Shown: positions 27,514 to 37,550 of the stretch, one piece after another
How the letters are laid out: every line of letters starts with the position of its first letter
How positions within the stretch are numbered: the stretch's first letter is position 1
Source of the DNA: Nitrospirota bacterium
GTDB lineage: Bacteria > Nitrospirota > Thermodesulfovibrionia > Thermodesulfovibrionales > JdFR-88
DNA: 64,000 nucleotides
Reading direction: 5' to 3'
Assembly: GCA_021840255.1 (NCBI GenBank)
Contig: JAKBYX010000011.1
Location: 3,015-67,014 of the forward strand
Notes under the pieces: generated by a model
The model's database searches: none
What the model was told of the DNA's origin: nothing
What the model saw: the letters and a program-made list of their open reading frames with translations, nothing else
Made by a program: the position numbers and the translations under genes

Positions 27514-28466
27514 TAGTCCTTGGGCTTGCCCTGGCACTGGATCTTGCAATCGGGGAGCCGGAATGGTTTTTCTTTCATCCGGTCAGGGTAATAGGGAAAG
27601 CAATCGAGGTCCTCGAATGGGTTTTAAGAAGGGTGATGCCTAAAAAGCCGCGCCTGGCAGGTCTCGTCCTTTGCCTGGCGGTGGTTGTGGGCACTTACTG
27701 GGTGACCCTCCTTGCGGTTAACGCCCTTGAGGGCTATCTTTCACGTTGGGCGCTGCCCGCCCTTGCTGTGCTCCTTTATACGACTATCGCCCTTAGGGGG
27801 CTTTCAGGCGAAGCAGCAAAGATCACGGCGTTTGTAAAGGCCGGAGAGATGGACAAGGCCCGCGCTGGCCTTAAAGGCCTTGTAGGCAGGGATACCGGGG
27901 GACTGGATGCCCCATCCGCCCTGAAGGCCGTTATAGAAAGCCTTGCTGAAAACGCATCGGACGGCGTCCTTGCGCCGGTGTTTTTCTATCTGCTCGGAGG
28001 CATCCCGCTTGCCATGGCCTATAAGGCCATAAACACGCTGGACTCAATGGTGGGCTACAGGAACGAAAAATACAGGCTTTTCGGATGGGCCTCCGCCAGG
28101 CTTGATGACCTTGCCAACCTGCTGCCATCGAGGCTCACCGGGGTTTCCCTTTGCATTGCCTCTGCCGTTACGGGGCATGGGCTTGGGTTGCCGGTAAAGA
28201 CCATGCTCAGAGATGGACGGAAACACCCAAGTCCCAACAGCGGTGTGCCCATGGCCGCAATGGCTGGGGCGCTTAATGTCACCCTCGGCGGTCCTGCAAT
28301 GTACGGAGGCAAGCTCATTGAAAAGCCTTTTATCGGCAACGGGCCTTTGCCGCTGGATGCGGAAAGGGCGGAAACGGCGCAAAGACTTACCATGCTGGGC
28401 TGTCTTCTTGGCGCTGCAATAATTGCGGTCGTGGTAACAGGCCTTGCCTCCAGCCTGATCGGATAG
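27501..28466 (+). CDS. cbiB: Adenosylcobinamide-phosphate synthase CbiB
   Basis: DLAIGEP..HPV, LVGRDT, IESLAENASDGV.AP, YKAINTLDSMVGY, ARLDD, HPSPNSG. Confidence 0.94.
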   Translation: MHRIIVLGLALALDLAIGEPEWFFFHPVRVIGKAIEVLEWVLRRVMPKKPRLAGLVLCLAVVVGTYWVTLLAVNALEGYLSRWALPALAVLLYTTIALRGLSGEAAKITAFVKAGEMDKARAGLKGLVGRDTGGLDAPSALKAVIESLAENASDGVLAPVFFYLLGGIPLAMAYKAINTLDSMVGYRNEKYRLFGWASARLDDLANLLPSRLTGVSLCIASAVTGHGLGLPVKTMLRDGRKHPSPNSGVPMAAMAGALNVTLGGPAMYGGKLIEKPFIGNGPLPLDAERAETAQRLTMLGCLLGAAIIAVVVTGLASSLIG

Positions 28467-28474
28467 TGTTTTGC

Positions 28475-29668
28475 ATGGACAATAACATGAATAAAAAACC
28501 TCACTCCGCTCGTGTTCGCAGGGGTAACGCATGCGTGCACGGGGGCGACATCTACGGGGCCTCGCGCCTCACGGGAATTCCCGTTCATAAGATAATCGAT
28601 TTCAGCGCATCGATAAATCCACTGGGGGCATCGCCCAGAGCGCTCAAGGCTGCAGCGGCTGCTATGGACAACCAAAGGATCCGGAATTATCCTCCTCCCC
28701 ATGCGGACGGGCTTGCCCTACGGATAGCGGAGATGCTTGGCGCCGGGGTGCATAAGAACGGGGAGCGGCAGGTGATCACCGGAAACGGCAGCACGGAGCT
28801 TATATACCTTTTACCCCGCGCCTTAAGGCCAAAGACCGTTTTGATACATAACCCCACATTCAGCGAATACAGACGGGCGGCGCTGCTTTCTGGGGCAAGA
28901 TTATTGAGCGCAAATAAAAACCTCTCAGTAAAAAGGGGAATCTCATCAGAAAAAGAGTGTATCTCTTTAGATTGTGATGTTTTATTTGATTTTGACCGCT
29001 TCGCGCGCGCAATGCGCGAGGCTGATATGGCTTACATCTGCAACCCCAATAATCCCACCGGAGAATTGACCGGCAGAGAGGTTATGGCCGCGCTGGCCCG
29101 GGAGGCTAAAAAAGCCCGCTGTCATCTTGTGGTGGACGAGGCGTTCATTGATTTTTGTCCGGGGCAATCATTGGCCGGAGAGACGGCCAAAGGGGATAAA
29201 AACAAAAACCCCTGGCTCATAATCCTGCGGTCCATGACCAAGTTCCATGCCCTTACGGGGCTGCGGATGGGCTATGCGGTTTTCGGCTCCGCCCAAACCG
29301 CAAAAAAGGTCCTGGAATACAAAGAGCCATGGAGCGTGAACATCCCCGCCATGGAGGCCGCGATGGCCGCGCTGGATGATGGCGAACACGCGGAAAAAAC
29401 CCTCAGGCTGATGGAAAAGGAGAAGAATTACATCGGTGGGCAATTGAGAGAGGCCGGCATCTGGCACCTTAAACCAGCCGCCAATTTCTTTCTGATAAGG
29501 ATCAAAAGACCCGGCGAGCTCGTAAAACGGCTGTTACAAAAAGGGATGCTTGTCAGGGACTGTTCAAATTTCGAAGGATTGGGAGAGGGTTTCATAAGGA
29601 TCGCCATAAAAAAGAGGGGGGAAAACAGGCTTCTCTTAAACTGCATCCGGGATTTCCTGCTCAAATAG
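28475..29668 (+). CDS. cobD: Threonine-phosphate decarboxylase CobD (PLP-dependent)
   Basis: HGGD, DFSASINPLG, GNGSTELI, CNPNNPTG, DEAFIDF, RSMTKF..GLRMGY, RDCSNF; start codon uncertain. Confidence 0.9.
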   Translation: MDNNMNKKPHSARVRRGNACVHGGDIYGASRLTGIPVHKIIDFSASINPLGASPRALKAAAAAMDNQRIRNYPPPHADGLALRIAEMLGAGVHKNGERQVITGNGSTELIYLLPRALRPKTVLIHNPTFSEYRRAALLSGARLLSANKNLSVKRGISSEKECISLDCDVLFDFDRFARAMREADMAYICNPNNPTGELTGREVMAALAREAKKARCHLVVDEAFIDFCPGQSLAGETAKGDKNKNPWLIILRSMTKFHALTGLRMGYAVFGSAQTAKKVLEYKEPWSVNIPAMEAAMAALDDGEHAEKTLRLMEKEKNYIGGQLREAGIWHLKPAANFFLIRIKRPGELVKRLLQKGMLVRDCSNFEGLGEGFIRIAIKKRGENRLLLNCIRDFLLK

Positions 29669-29905
29669 TTTCCTGATAATTAAACTTAGTAAGTCCTTTA
29701 ATAATATAGAAAATACATTGACAAAAGAGTTTCGAATCTCTTAACATCTTCCAACCCTTTGCAACCCTTGGGAGAAGGGGAAAATGGGAACCGGAAAACA
29801 AAAACATAAAAAACCTGAGGTTATCAATCGGTGTATAGTGTGCTATCGTGTTGGATACCGGACTCAGGGGATCATACATAAACCGGAGGAAGAGGAGGAA
29901 AAGGG

Positions 29906-31585
29906 ATGAAGAAGTCTTTGCTGTTGGCGCTTTTTGCAGTAGTGTTGCTTTTGCCGTTCCGCAGCTATGCAGAGCAGAATCTGGGGTCCTGGTTGACCAT
30001 AGGCGGGGATTATCAGGCAAGACTGGATTATCTTCAGGGATCAACGCCCACTTTCTATGGATTTGGCGGTCCTGCAGGATCAGCAGGCGCGCAGAACGGG
30101 GCATTCTTTGACGCCTTTATGACAGCTTTACCGGCTTTCCATTTGACATTTGCACAGGTTCAAAGCTTAACACCGGCACAGTTGCAGGGTTTGGAGTCTC
30201 AGATAACGCCCGCGACCGTAGCGGGGCTCGAAGCTGGTGGTTTTATAACAACGGCGCAGGGCAAGGCACTGTTGGCGGGGACAAAAGCATCGGCCGGAGA
30301 GGATTTCAGGAACAATTCGCTTTTGACCAATCGTTTTGGGCTGAACTTTATGGCAAAGCCTCTGGAGAGCATCCATGTCAAGGCCCGCCTTGTAATGTAC
30401 AAGGCATGGGGCAGCGATTCAGCAAACCCCGTTGACCAGAACATGTTCTTCATGGACAGGGCCGGGACGTTCGACGGTGTCCAGGGCCATGTCCCCGGAA
30501 CCGACAGCGTTCTGGTTGACTATGCCTACGCAACATGGAGCAACATTGCCGACCAGCCAGTATGGTTCTCGGTGGGAAGGAGACCTTCAACCGGCGGCGT
30601 TCCCGGTAATTTAAGGAGAAACGCAGTGAATATCGGCACGGCGGGCGTTCCGAACCTCCTTATCGACTACGCATTTGACGGCTTCAGCCTGGGATGGGCA
30701 CCATACATAGAGGCGCTGCCCGGCGCCTATGCAAAGTTCTGCGGCGGCAGAGGGTTTGACTCCGGTTTCAGCAATCTTCACGACACTAATTTTGCCGGTT
30801 TGTTCGTGGTCCCCTATAATACCGACCAGCTCGAAATTACCCTCCAGTGGGACCGCGGGATAGACGTCTTTGACGCACCGCCGGACTTCGCGGTGCCTAC
30901 AACTGCCACCAGCGGGGTGCAGGAGTTCCTGAACCCCACCTCGAACGTTGGAAACATAGACTGGTACGGCGCAGTCGCGCAGGGTATGATAAAAAATGTG
31001 AACTATTTTGCGGCCGGCGCTTTAAGCCATGCAATGCCTAACGGCAATAGGGCCGGGGCGTTTGGTCCGTTCATTGAACAGAGCCTGGGTTACGTCGATC
31101 AGAATACGGGATTTCCCCTTGCTCAATCCGCTTTGACGCCCCAGCAGGCCGCGAACGTGAAGAATCTGGAACCCCAGATGCTCGATGGACAGAACCACAC
31201 CGGATGGGCCATATATCTGGGCGCCCGGTATGACATCGACAGCACCCGCACCAAGCTTGGCGCGGAATTCAACCACGGCTCAAAGGACTGGATCGGCTTT
31301 GTGCCCGCAGGCGACGATATGTGGACCTCAAAACTGGGCACCAGGGGCGATGTGTACGAGCTCTATGCCATACAGGAGATCCACGCAAAACCCATAGACA
31401 AACTGGCCGTTGCCTACTTCAGGCTGGGCTGGCAGTACTATGACATAAAGTACACGGGCTCGAATAACTGGCTGGGTTCGCCTTTGGCAATGAGCGACCT
31501 GGCAAGCTCTCCCCTGAACGCGCAGATATTCGCTCCCATAAAAAGCGCGCAGGACATTTACTTTACGTTCAACGTGAATTTTTAG
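29906..31585 (+). CDS. Outer-membrane beta-barrel protein, DUF3373-like
   Basis: Signal peptide, IGGDYQARLD, NRFGLN, RLVMYKAWG, VDYAYATW, SVGRRPSTGG, LGAEFNHGSK.W, KLGTRG, YTGS, C-terminal Phe. Confidence 0.78.
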   Translation: MKKSLLLALFAVVLLLPFRSYAEQNLGSWLTIGGDYQARLDYLQGSTPTFYGFGGPAGSAGAQNGAFFDAFMTALPAFHLTFAQVQSLTPAQLQGLESQITPATVAGLEAGGFITTAQGKALLAGTKASAGEDFRNNSLLTNRFGLNFMAKPLESIHVKARLVMYKAWGSDSANPVDQNMFFMDRAGTFDGVQGHVPGTDSVLVDYAYATWSNIADQPVWFSVGRRPSTGGVPGNLRRNAVNIGTAGVPNLLIDYAFDGFSLGWAPYIEALPGAYAKFCGGRGFDSGFSNLHDTNFAGLFVVPYNTDQLEITLQWDRGIDVFDAPPDFAVPTTATSGVQEFLNPTSNVGNIDWYGAVAQGMIKNVNYFAAGALSHAMPNGNRAGAFGPFIEQSLGYVDQNTGFPLAQSALTPQQAANVKNLEPQMLDGQNHTGWAIYLGARYDIDSTRTKLGAEFNHGSKDWIGFVPAGDDMWTSKLGTRGDVYELYAIQEIHAKPIDKLAVAYFRLGWQYYDIKYTGSNNWLGSPLAMSDLASSPLNAQIFAPIKSAQDIYFTFNVNF

Positions 31586-31645
31586 TGCGAAAAACAAAAA
31601 ACTCGGTGATTCCTAACCGCCCTCGGTTATCTTAACTGATGGCCT

Positions 31646-31680
31646 GGAGGGTCCTGAAAAGGACCCTCCCTTTTTTTCTT
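31646..31680 (+). terminator. Intrinsic terminator after the outer-membrane protein gene
   Basis: ggagggtcct-gaaa-aggaccctcc followed by a T run. Confidence 0.85.
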
Positions 31681-31749
31681 TCAGGCCCTGAAGAAATTCG
31701 GGCCTGACTTGGGATGGGATACAGAGCGCACCGTCATGGCCGTCTTTTT

Positions 31750-31830
31750 CGTCATGCCCGGGGACCTTAATCGGGTATCCATTTTCAGGTTAAAGGCTGA
31801 ATCTGGAGCCACGCTTTCTCGGGAATGACG
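31750..31830. repeat. Degenerate GTCAT..GGAATGAC palindromic repeat (REP/RPE-like)
   Basis: cgtcatgcccg..cgggtatcca..tggagccacgctttctcgggaatgacg; same architecture as 55390-55469. Confidence 0.6.
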
Positions 31831-31926
31831 GCTAAAAAACATTAATCCTATGTGCTGGCTTGAATAAATACTGATAAAAAATATAGATTAGTGCAGCACG
31901 GTTATCAAAACCTCCGGGAGGCAAAG

Positions 31927-32835
31927 ATGAGAAAAATAAAAACCCATTTTTTCATAGTCCTTTTTCTGGCCGTGATTTCCTTTGGCGTGAGCGCCTTTGC
32001 TTCAACCACGGTCAAGATTTCCCCGTCTCCTGCTTACAACCCTACCGAGCCCATCCCTCTGGAGGCGGGTATTGTGGTCAGCGAGGGCCCCGGAGTTCAG
32101 AGTCATGGCAAGTCACAAATAAACAGGCCTTACGGTCCGATGGTCGTGGACGAGCTTAAAAAGATGAAGGTCTTCAGCGGTATTATCTACCCCTACAAAG
32201 CGGGAAGTCCTGCCGATATAGTGCTCCGCCTCTCAATAAAGGGGCGCTGGGACTACTACAGCCAGGAGCTGCAACCCAGAGATTACTGGTCCGGCACAAC
32301 GGGAGCCCGTTATGCCAAAGGGACCCATGATGTTAAAGTGGTTTTGATGGCAAAAGATAAGGAGATAATGGGCGGTTCCCTACCGGTCAAAAGCACCGGG
32401 CAGTATTACGGCAGCGATTATGACCTGATAACAAACAAGCTGAACGAGGCCCAGACCAAAAATATCGCCGTGGCGGTTGCCAAACTTATCCAGGACAACA
32501 GGCGCGTGATAATGGCCAAGGTCTTGAATAAACCGGCTGAGACAGGAGTCCCGGCTTCATCATCGTCTGCTGTGGCCGGCGCAGAGGAGATATCAAAAAC
32601 CCCCGGAGTCGGCGGAACGGGCAGCCAAAGACAAAAAAACGCTGACAAGCTCAGGGAACTGGAAGATCTGCATACAAGTGGAGCGCTCTCCGATGAGGAT
32701 TTTAATAAAGCCAAAACAAGGCTCATTCAGATGCAAAAGCTCGAAGATCTCTATAAAAGCGGGGTCCTTTCGGAGCAGGAATACAAAAGGGGCCTGTCTC
32801 GCATATCTGGGGAATCCCGGATAACAGGGAAATAA
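31927..32835 (+). CDS. Exported hypothetical protein with two C-terminal SHOCT-like motifs
   Basis: Signal peptide (VSAFA); LRELEDLHTSGALSDEDFNKAK and LEDLYKSGVLSEQEY. Confidence 0.72.
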   Translation: MRKIKTHFFIVLFLAVISFGVSAFASTTVKISPSPAYNPTEPIPLEAGIVVSEGPGVQSHGKSQINRPYGPMVVDELKKMKVFSGIIYPYKAGSPADIVLRLSIKGRWDYYSQELQPRDYWSGTTGARYAKGTHDVKVVLMAKDKEIMGGSLPVKSTGQYYGSDYDLITNKLNEAQTKNIAVAVAKLIQDNRRVIMAKVLNKPAETGVPASSSSAVAGAEEISKTPGVGGTGSQRQKNADKLRELEDLHTSGALSDEDFNKAKTRLIQMQKLEDLYKSGVLSEQEYKRGLSRISGESRITGK

Positions 32836-32967
32836 ACAAAAATTCTGGTAGTGTTCCAGGTTGAGTGAAAGCGAAAGCCGGCTGTCTGGCCGGTATTCGT
32901 CAAACCGGGGTACTACCCAAATTCCCCTTCCTTTTTTTAATGCGGGGCTTATATAATAACTACGTCC

Positions 32968-33252
32968 ATGAGGGCGGGATTTAACACGAATGTGCCTTTT
33001 GGCGGAAAGATGTACCATGTGCAGACAGAAGACTGCGCTTCAAGGACCCCTGTCGTTCGCACCTTCCTTTATTGCAAGGGGGAGGTGCTCGCCTCCAAGG
33101 ACGTGAACTACTCGAGGATCGTGGGCAAGCCTGACTTCGCCAGCAAGATAATGAAACTCATGGTCTTTCAGCACAGGCTCATGATAAAGGAGCTGCTGGC
33201 CGGCAGGCATACCCGGGATCGCAAGCCAGCCTCAGCCAGGGACTTTAAGTGA
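32968..33252 (+). CDS. Small conserved hypothetical protein (GFNTNV..YHVQTED type)
   Basis: GFNTNV..GKMYHVQTED..P...T.LY..GEVL..LM..QH..MIK.L..G pattern, recalled from small proteins of deltaproteobacteria-like lineages. Confidence 0.65.
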   Translation: MRAGFNTNVPFGGKMYHVQTEDCASRTPVVRTFLYCKGEVLASKDVNYSRIVGKPDFASKIMKLMVFQHRLMIKELLAGRHTRDRKPASARDFK

Positions 33253-33448
33253 AAGCTTCATTAGGGATTGTTCAAGATCGGGGTAAGCGGGCTCCGGCCA
33301 GAGCTGGGAAAATGATCTCTCTTCACTCCTCCCGATGGCAGAGGGATTGGGTGAGAAAGACGCCATGCCCGGGGTATTTTTTAGCCGGGGCTGATTCCAT
33401 AGCGGGCATTCAGGGGATTCAAAAAGGAAGGGATTTGGATTATTCGAT

Positions 33449-34111
33449 ATGGTCCGTTTTGAAGGCGTTATAAAGACATATGAAAACCAGCAGGCACTGA
33501 CGGGTGTAACATTCCAGGCTGCAAGGGGCGAGCTCCTTTTTTTTACGGGGGCCAGCGGGGCGGGCAAAAGCACCTTACTAAAGCTTATATACCGCGCCAT
33601 AGATCCAGACGGCGGGTCTATCTCGGTAAACGGCATCGAGACAAGCTCGATGAAGGCGGGGCACGTCCCCGGGCTCCGCAGGATGATAGGCGTGGTTTTC
33701 CAGGATTTCAGGCTCCTTTCCGGCAGGTCGATCTATGACAACGTGGCGCTAGCGCTCCGGATAAGGGGCGTGGCGGAAAGAGCGCTTAAAACCCAGGTTA
33801 TGGAGGTCCTTAAGATGGTTGGGCTCAGGCACAAGGCGGACAGCTGGCCCGAGACCCTTTCTGGAGGCGAGCAGCAGAGGGCCGTTATAGCCAGGGCCAT
33901 CGTGGCCGAACCGGTACTCCTGCTTGCCGATGAACCCACCGGAAACCTGGATCCCGACACCTCGGCCGGGGTAATGCGGATATTCAAGGACATAAACGCC
34001 AGGGGCACGACGGTTTTGATAGCTACGCACAACAGGGACCTGTACACGGGTACCGGCCGGAGGGTGCTTAAGCTTGCCGGCGGCAGGATCGAAACGGAGG
34101 CCGCGGGATGA
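33449..34111 (+). CDS. ftsE: Cell division ABC ATPase FtsE
   Basis: GASGAGKST, LRRMIGVVFQDFRLL, LSGGEQQR, ADEPTGNLD; followed by ftsX. Confidence 0.93.
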   Translation: MVRFEGVIKTYENQQALTGVTFQAARGELLFFTGASGAGKSTLLKLIYRAIDPDGGSISVNGIETSSMKAGHVPGLRRMIGVVFQDFRLLSGRSIYDNVALALRIRGVAERALKTQVMEVLKMVGLRHKADSWPETLSGGEQQRAVIARAIVAEPVLLLADEPTGNLDPDTSAGVMRIFKDINARGTTVLIATHNRDLYTGTGRRVLKLAGGRIETEAAG

Positions 34112-34977
34112 GCGGGTTAAGAAGCGCGCTTGCCGGGATGTGGAAGGAGAAATGGATAAACCTCCTGAGTGTCCTCTCCATTGGAGTGGGGCTCTTCATA
34201 CTGCTTGTTGCCCTGTTCACGGTATACAACCTGAACTATTTCGCATCAAAGCTTCAGGACCAGTTCTCAATGACGGTTTACCTGGATGACGGGATATCGC
34301 AGCAGGGCCTGGCCAGGCTGGAAGGGGCCATCAAGGCCAATCCCGCCGTCAGGACAGTTTCCTACATATCCAAAGACGCCGCCCTGGGAGAGCTGAAAAA
34401 AGCCATGAAGGACTCCGCGTACCTCTTTGAGGGGCTGGATGGAAACCCCCTGCCTGCCTCCATCGAGATCAGGTTCAGAAGGGATAACTTGAAAAGTGAG
34501 GCCGCCCAGGAGCTTGCCCGGCAGATTAAAGCCATGCAGGGAGTGCAGGACGTGCAATACGGGGCCAAATTTCTGGAAGGCATAGAGCGGATAATAACGG
34601 GGGCCAGGTCAGCGGGCATTGCCTTTCTTGCGGCCCTGTTGGTGGGAGTGCTTTTTGTCTGCTACAGCACCGTCAAGATACTTTTTTACCGGAGGAAAGA
34701 CGAGGTGGAAACCCTGAGCTTGCTTGGCGCGGGCGGATGGTTCATCAGGGCGCCTTTCCTTGTAGAAGGCTCATTGCTTGGGCTAGCGGGCGGCCTGCTT
34801 GCCTGTTTTGCAACTTACAGTGTCTTTGGAGGGTTTTTCCTCGGCGGGTTCGCCTCGTCCGTGCCCGTCCTGAGGTATATGCTCTTCCCCGCCTTCATTT
34901 TTTATATGCCTTTGCCCGCTGGTCTTTTCATTGGGTTTACCGGGGCGCTTATAGCCCTGGGCAGAATTCGCATCTGA
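34108..34977 (+). CDS. ftsX: Cell division permease FtsX
   Basis: YISKDAAL, NPLPAS, DVQYG, RRKDEVE..LLGA..FIRAPFLVEG. Confidence 0.92.
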   Translation: MSGLRSALAGMWKEKWINLLSVLSIGVGLFILLVALFTVYNLNYFASKLQDQFSMTVYLDDGISQQGLARLEGAIKANPAVRTVSYISKDAALGELKKAMKDSAYLFEGLDGNPLPASIEIRFRRDNLKSEAAQELARQIKAMQGVQDVQYGAKFLEGIERIITGARSAGIAFLAALLVGVLFVCYSTVKILFYRRKDEVETLSLLGAGGWFIRAPFLVEGSLLGLAGGLLACFATYSVFGGFFLGGFASSVPVLRYMLFPAFIFYMPLPAGLFIGFTGALIALGRIRI

Positions 34978-34978
34978 T

Positions 34979-36127
34979 ATGCGCACGCCAGACGAAAAGG
35001 GCCTGCTTGTCTTTTTGATGATCCCTTTTTTTCTTTTCCTTCTGGTCTCCGCCGTCCATGCCGAGGATGTGAAAGGCAAGTACAGGAACATACAGAAAGA
35101 GATAAAAAAGCAGGAAGAGAACTTGCGGCAAGCCAACCAGCAGGAGTCTTCCATCTCGGACCAGTTGCAGGCCATAAACGGTGAAGTGTCCAAATATGAG
35201 GGGCGGCTTGATGCGGAAAAAAAACGTCTGGCTTCAATAAACAGAAAGATCGGACTGACCGATGCCGGCATCAAAAAAACAAGGCAGGAACTCCTTAAAC
35301 ATCAGAACTGGTTGAAGGCCAAGCTCATCGGCCTCTGGAAAAACGGGCAGGCGCAGGACATTGTCATGCTGCTGGGCGCGGATGACATGGGCTCTTTTTT
35401 AAGGAGGTGGAGCTACCTGGAGGTCATGGCGGAACAGGAGAAGAAAGATGAGGACTCTTATAGCGCCTCGTTGAACGAACTGCAGGGGCAGGAAGCCTCG
35501 CTTTCCAGTCTTGTTTCCGGCCTGAGGCGGGAAGCATCCAGGGCCGCCCTTGTCAAAAGCCGGTTGGATATGAAGAGGCAGGAAAAACGGAACCTCCTCG
35601 TTTCGATCAGAAGCCAGAAAGCAAGCTATGAGGCCATGCTCGAAGGACTTAAGGAGGCCTCCCGCAAGCTTCTTGCCGTCATTAACCGCTCAAATATCAG
35701 CTCCTCTTACAATGGCAAAGGGTTCCAGGGCATGAAAAGCAGGCTGCCGTGGCCTGTGCTGGGCACTGTCGTGTTCCGTTACGGCCGCGGCACGGACCCG
35801 GTGTTCGGAACTCCCATATTCAGAAACGGCATCTACATAAGGACGGCGGCCAACGCAAAGGTCCGGAGTATATTCGAGGGCAAGGTCATATATGCTGATT
35901 GGTTCAAGGGTTACGGGCAGTTGGTGATAATAAACCACGGGGGTGGCTATAACAGTCTTTACGCCGGTCTCAATGAGATTTTTTTGAAGGTTGGGGATAT
36001 AATAATGGGAGGGGCCCCGGTCGGCAGGGCCGGTGGATCCGTAATGGTGAATGGGCCTTCTCTGTATTTTGAGGTAAGATACAGGGGCAAGCCGCTTGAT
36101 CCCATGCAGTGGCTGGCCAGAAATTGA
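34979..36127 (+). CDS. envC: Murein hydrolase activator EnvC (coiled coil + M23-like domain)
   Basis: LPWPV.G, GI.I, WFKGYG.LVIINHG, LYFEVR..PLDP; lacks catalytic His residues, as EnvC does. Confidence 0.88.
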   Translation: MRTPDEKGLLVFLMIPFFLFLLVSAVHAEDVKGKYRNIQKEIKKQEENLRQANQQESSISDQLQAINGEVSKYEGRLDAEKKRLASINRKIGLTDAGIKKTRQELLKHQNWLKAKLIGLWKNGQAQDIVMLLGADDMGSFLRRWSYLEVMAEQEKKDEDSYSASLNELQGQEASLSSLVSGLRREASRAALVKSRLDMKRQEKRNLLVSIRSQKASYEAMLEGLKEASRKLLAVINRSNISSSYNGKGFQGMKSRLPWPVLGTVVFRYGRGTDPVFGTPIFRNGIYIRTAANAKVRSIFEGKVIYADWFKGYGQLVIINHGGGYNSLYAGLNEIFLKVGDIIMGGAPVGRAGGSVMVNGPSLYFEVRYRGKPLDPMQWLARN

Positions 36128-36197
36128 TCGTCTTTACTATTCCTTGATGGTGAAAAACGGGCCGCGATGGAATAACTATTTGGAGGTGTTCAGGCAA

Positions 36198-37517
36198 ATG
36201 TCCTTTAATTTAAAGAAGAGGAAAATATGGATCGCGGCATTGGCCGTGAGCCTGGTTGCTGCTTTTGCCGCGATGACGCTCTGGACTGACAGCTATGTCA
36301 GCGCAGGCGAGAACAACAATTACAGCCAATTGAAGGTTTTCACCGAGGTGCTCGAAGCGGTTGAGGCCAATTATGTGAAGGTGCCGGACACGAAAAAGCT
36401 GATATACGGCGCCATAAACGGCATGATAGACTCGCTGGACCCGCATTCAGGGTTCATGCCCCCGGATGCTTATAAAGATATGCAGATAGACACCAATGGG
36501 CAGTTCGGCGGCTTGGGCATGGAGATAGGAGTAAAAAACCGTGCACTGACCGTGGTATCCCCCATAGAGGACACGCCTGCGTACAAGGCGGGCATTAAAG
36601 CCGGGGACAAGATTCTCAAGATAGACGGAGCTCCTACCGGTGACATGACGATATTCGACGCGGTCAAGAAGATGCGCGGGCCGGTGGGGACCTCCGTGAC
36701 CCTCTCGATCTTCCGCGAGGGTTTTTCCACGGCGCATGATTTTAAGCTTGTGAGGGCCATAATAAAAATAAAGAGCGTTAAATGGAAGATGCTGGACAAG
36801 AACAACGGCATCGGTTATATAAAGCTCACCGAGTTCCAGGAGCATTCCGCGCAGGATATGGCCGCGGCCCTGAAGCAACTGAAAGACGAAGGGATGAGAT
36901 CCCTGATACTGGATCTGAGGAACAATCCCGGAGGGCTCCTGAACAGCGCGGTCGCGGTAGCCGGACAGTTCCTGCCCCCGGGCAAACTGGTCGTCTACAT
37001 CAAGGGAAGAACAGGCCCCAGAACTGACTACAACACCAGCAGCCAATACCCCACGTACGACCATATGCAGATGATAGTGCTTGTCAACGAGGGCAGCGCA
37101 AGCGCCTCCGAGATCGTGTCCGGTGCCCTCAAGGACTGGAAAAGAGCGGTCATCCTGGGTACCCAGACATTCGGGAAGGGTTCCGTGCAGACTGTAATAC
37201 CCCTCAGCGATGGTTCAGCCCTAAGGCTTACTACAGCCATGTATTATACGCCCAGCGGCGTCTCTATACAGAACATTGGTATTACGCCGGACATAAGGGT
37301 GCAACTGGCCGCCGTGGACGGGGCCAAAGAGCATCCGGTCATAAGGGAGCGTGACCTTAAGAACCATCTCGGAGCCAGCACTGTCAAAGGGGCGAAAAAG
37401 GAAGAAGAGGTCATGTCGTTTTCTCCTCTGAAGCCGAAAGATGATACCCAGCTCCAGAGGGCTTTGGACATACTGAAGACCTGGGGCATATTCCAGAAGT
37501 CAGAAAAGGCCGCCTGA
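36198..37517 (+). CDS. ctpA: S41 carboxyl-terminal processing protease
   Basis: LDPHS, PDZ (GGLGMEIG, PAYKAG), LDLRNNPGGLL, SASASEIV, TFGKGSVQ, GITPDI. Confidence 0.93.
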   Translation: MSFNLKKRKIWIAALAVSLVAAFAAMTLWTDSYVSAGENNNYSQLKVFTEVLEAVEANYVKVPDTKKLIYGAINGMIDSLDPHSGFMPPDAYKDMQIDTNGQFGGLGMEIGVKNRALTVVSPIEDTPAYKAGIKAGDKILKIDGAPTGDMTIFDAVKKMRGPVGTSVTLSIFREGFSTAHDFKLVRAIIKIKSVKWKMLDKNNGIGYIKLTEFQEHSAQDMAAALKQLKDEGMRSLILDLRNNPGGLLNSAVAVAGQFLPPGKLVVYIKGRTGPRTDYNTSSQYPTYDHMQMIVLVNEGSASASEIVSGALKDWKRAVILGTQTFGKGSVQTVIPLSDGSALRLTTAMYYTPSGVSIQNIGITPDIRVQLAAVDGAKEHPVIRERDLKNHLGASTVKGAKKEEEVMSFSPLKPKDDTQLQRALDILKTWGIFQKSEKAA

Positions 37518-37529
37518 GCGCGGCCTTTC
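37504..37529 (+). terminator. Hairpin overlapping the ctpA stop codon
   Basis: aaaggccgc-ctgagc-gcggccttt. Confidence 0.45.
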
Positions 37530-37550
37530 GCCTTCCAATAAAGAAAAAGA

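Noticed and set aside
33249-33473. 74-aa ORF upstream of ftsE
   Set aside because: No recognisable features and overlaps a decayed palindromic repeat; more likely non-coding
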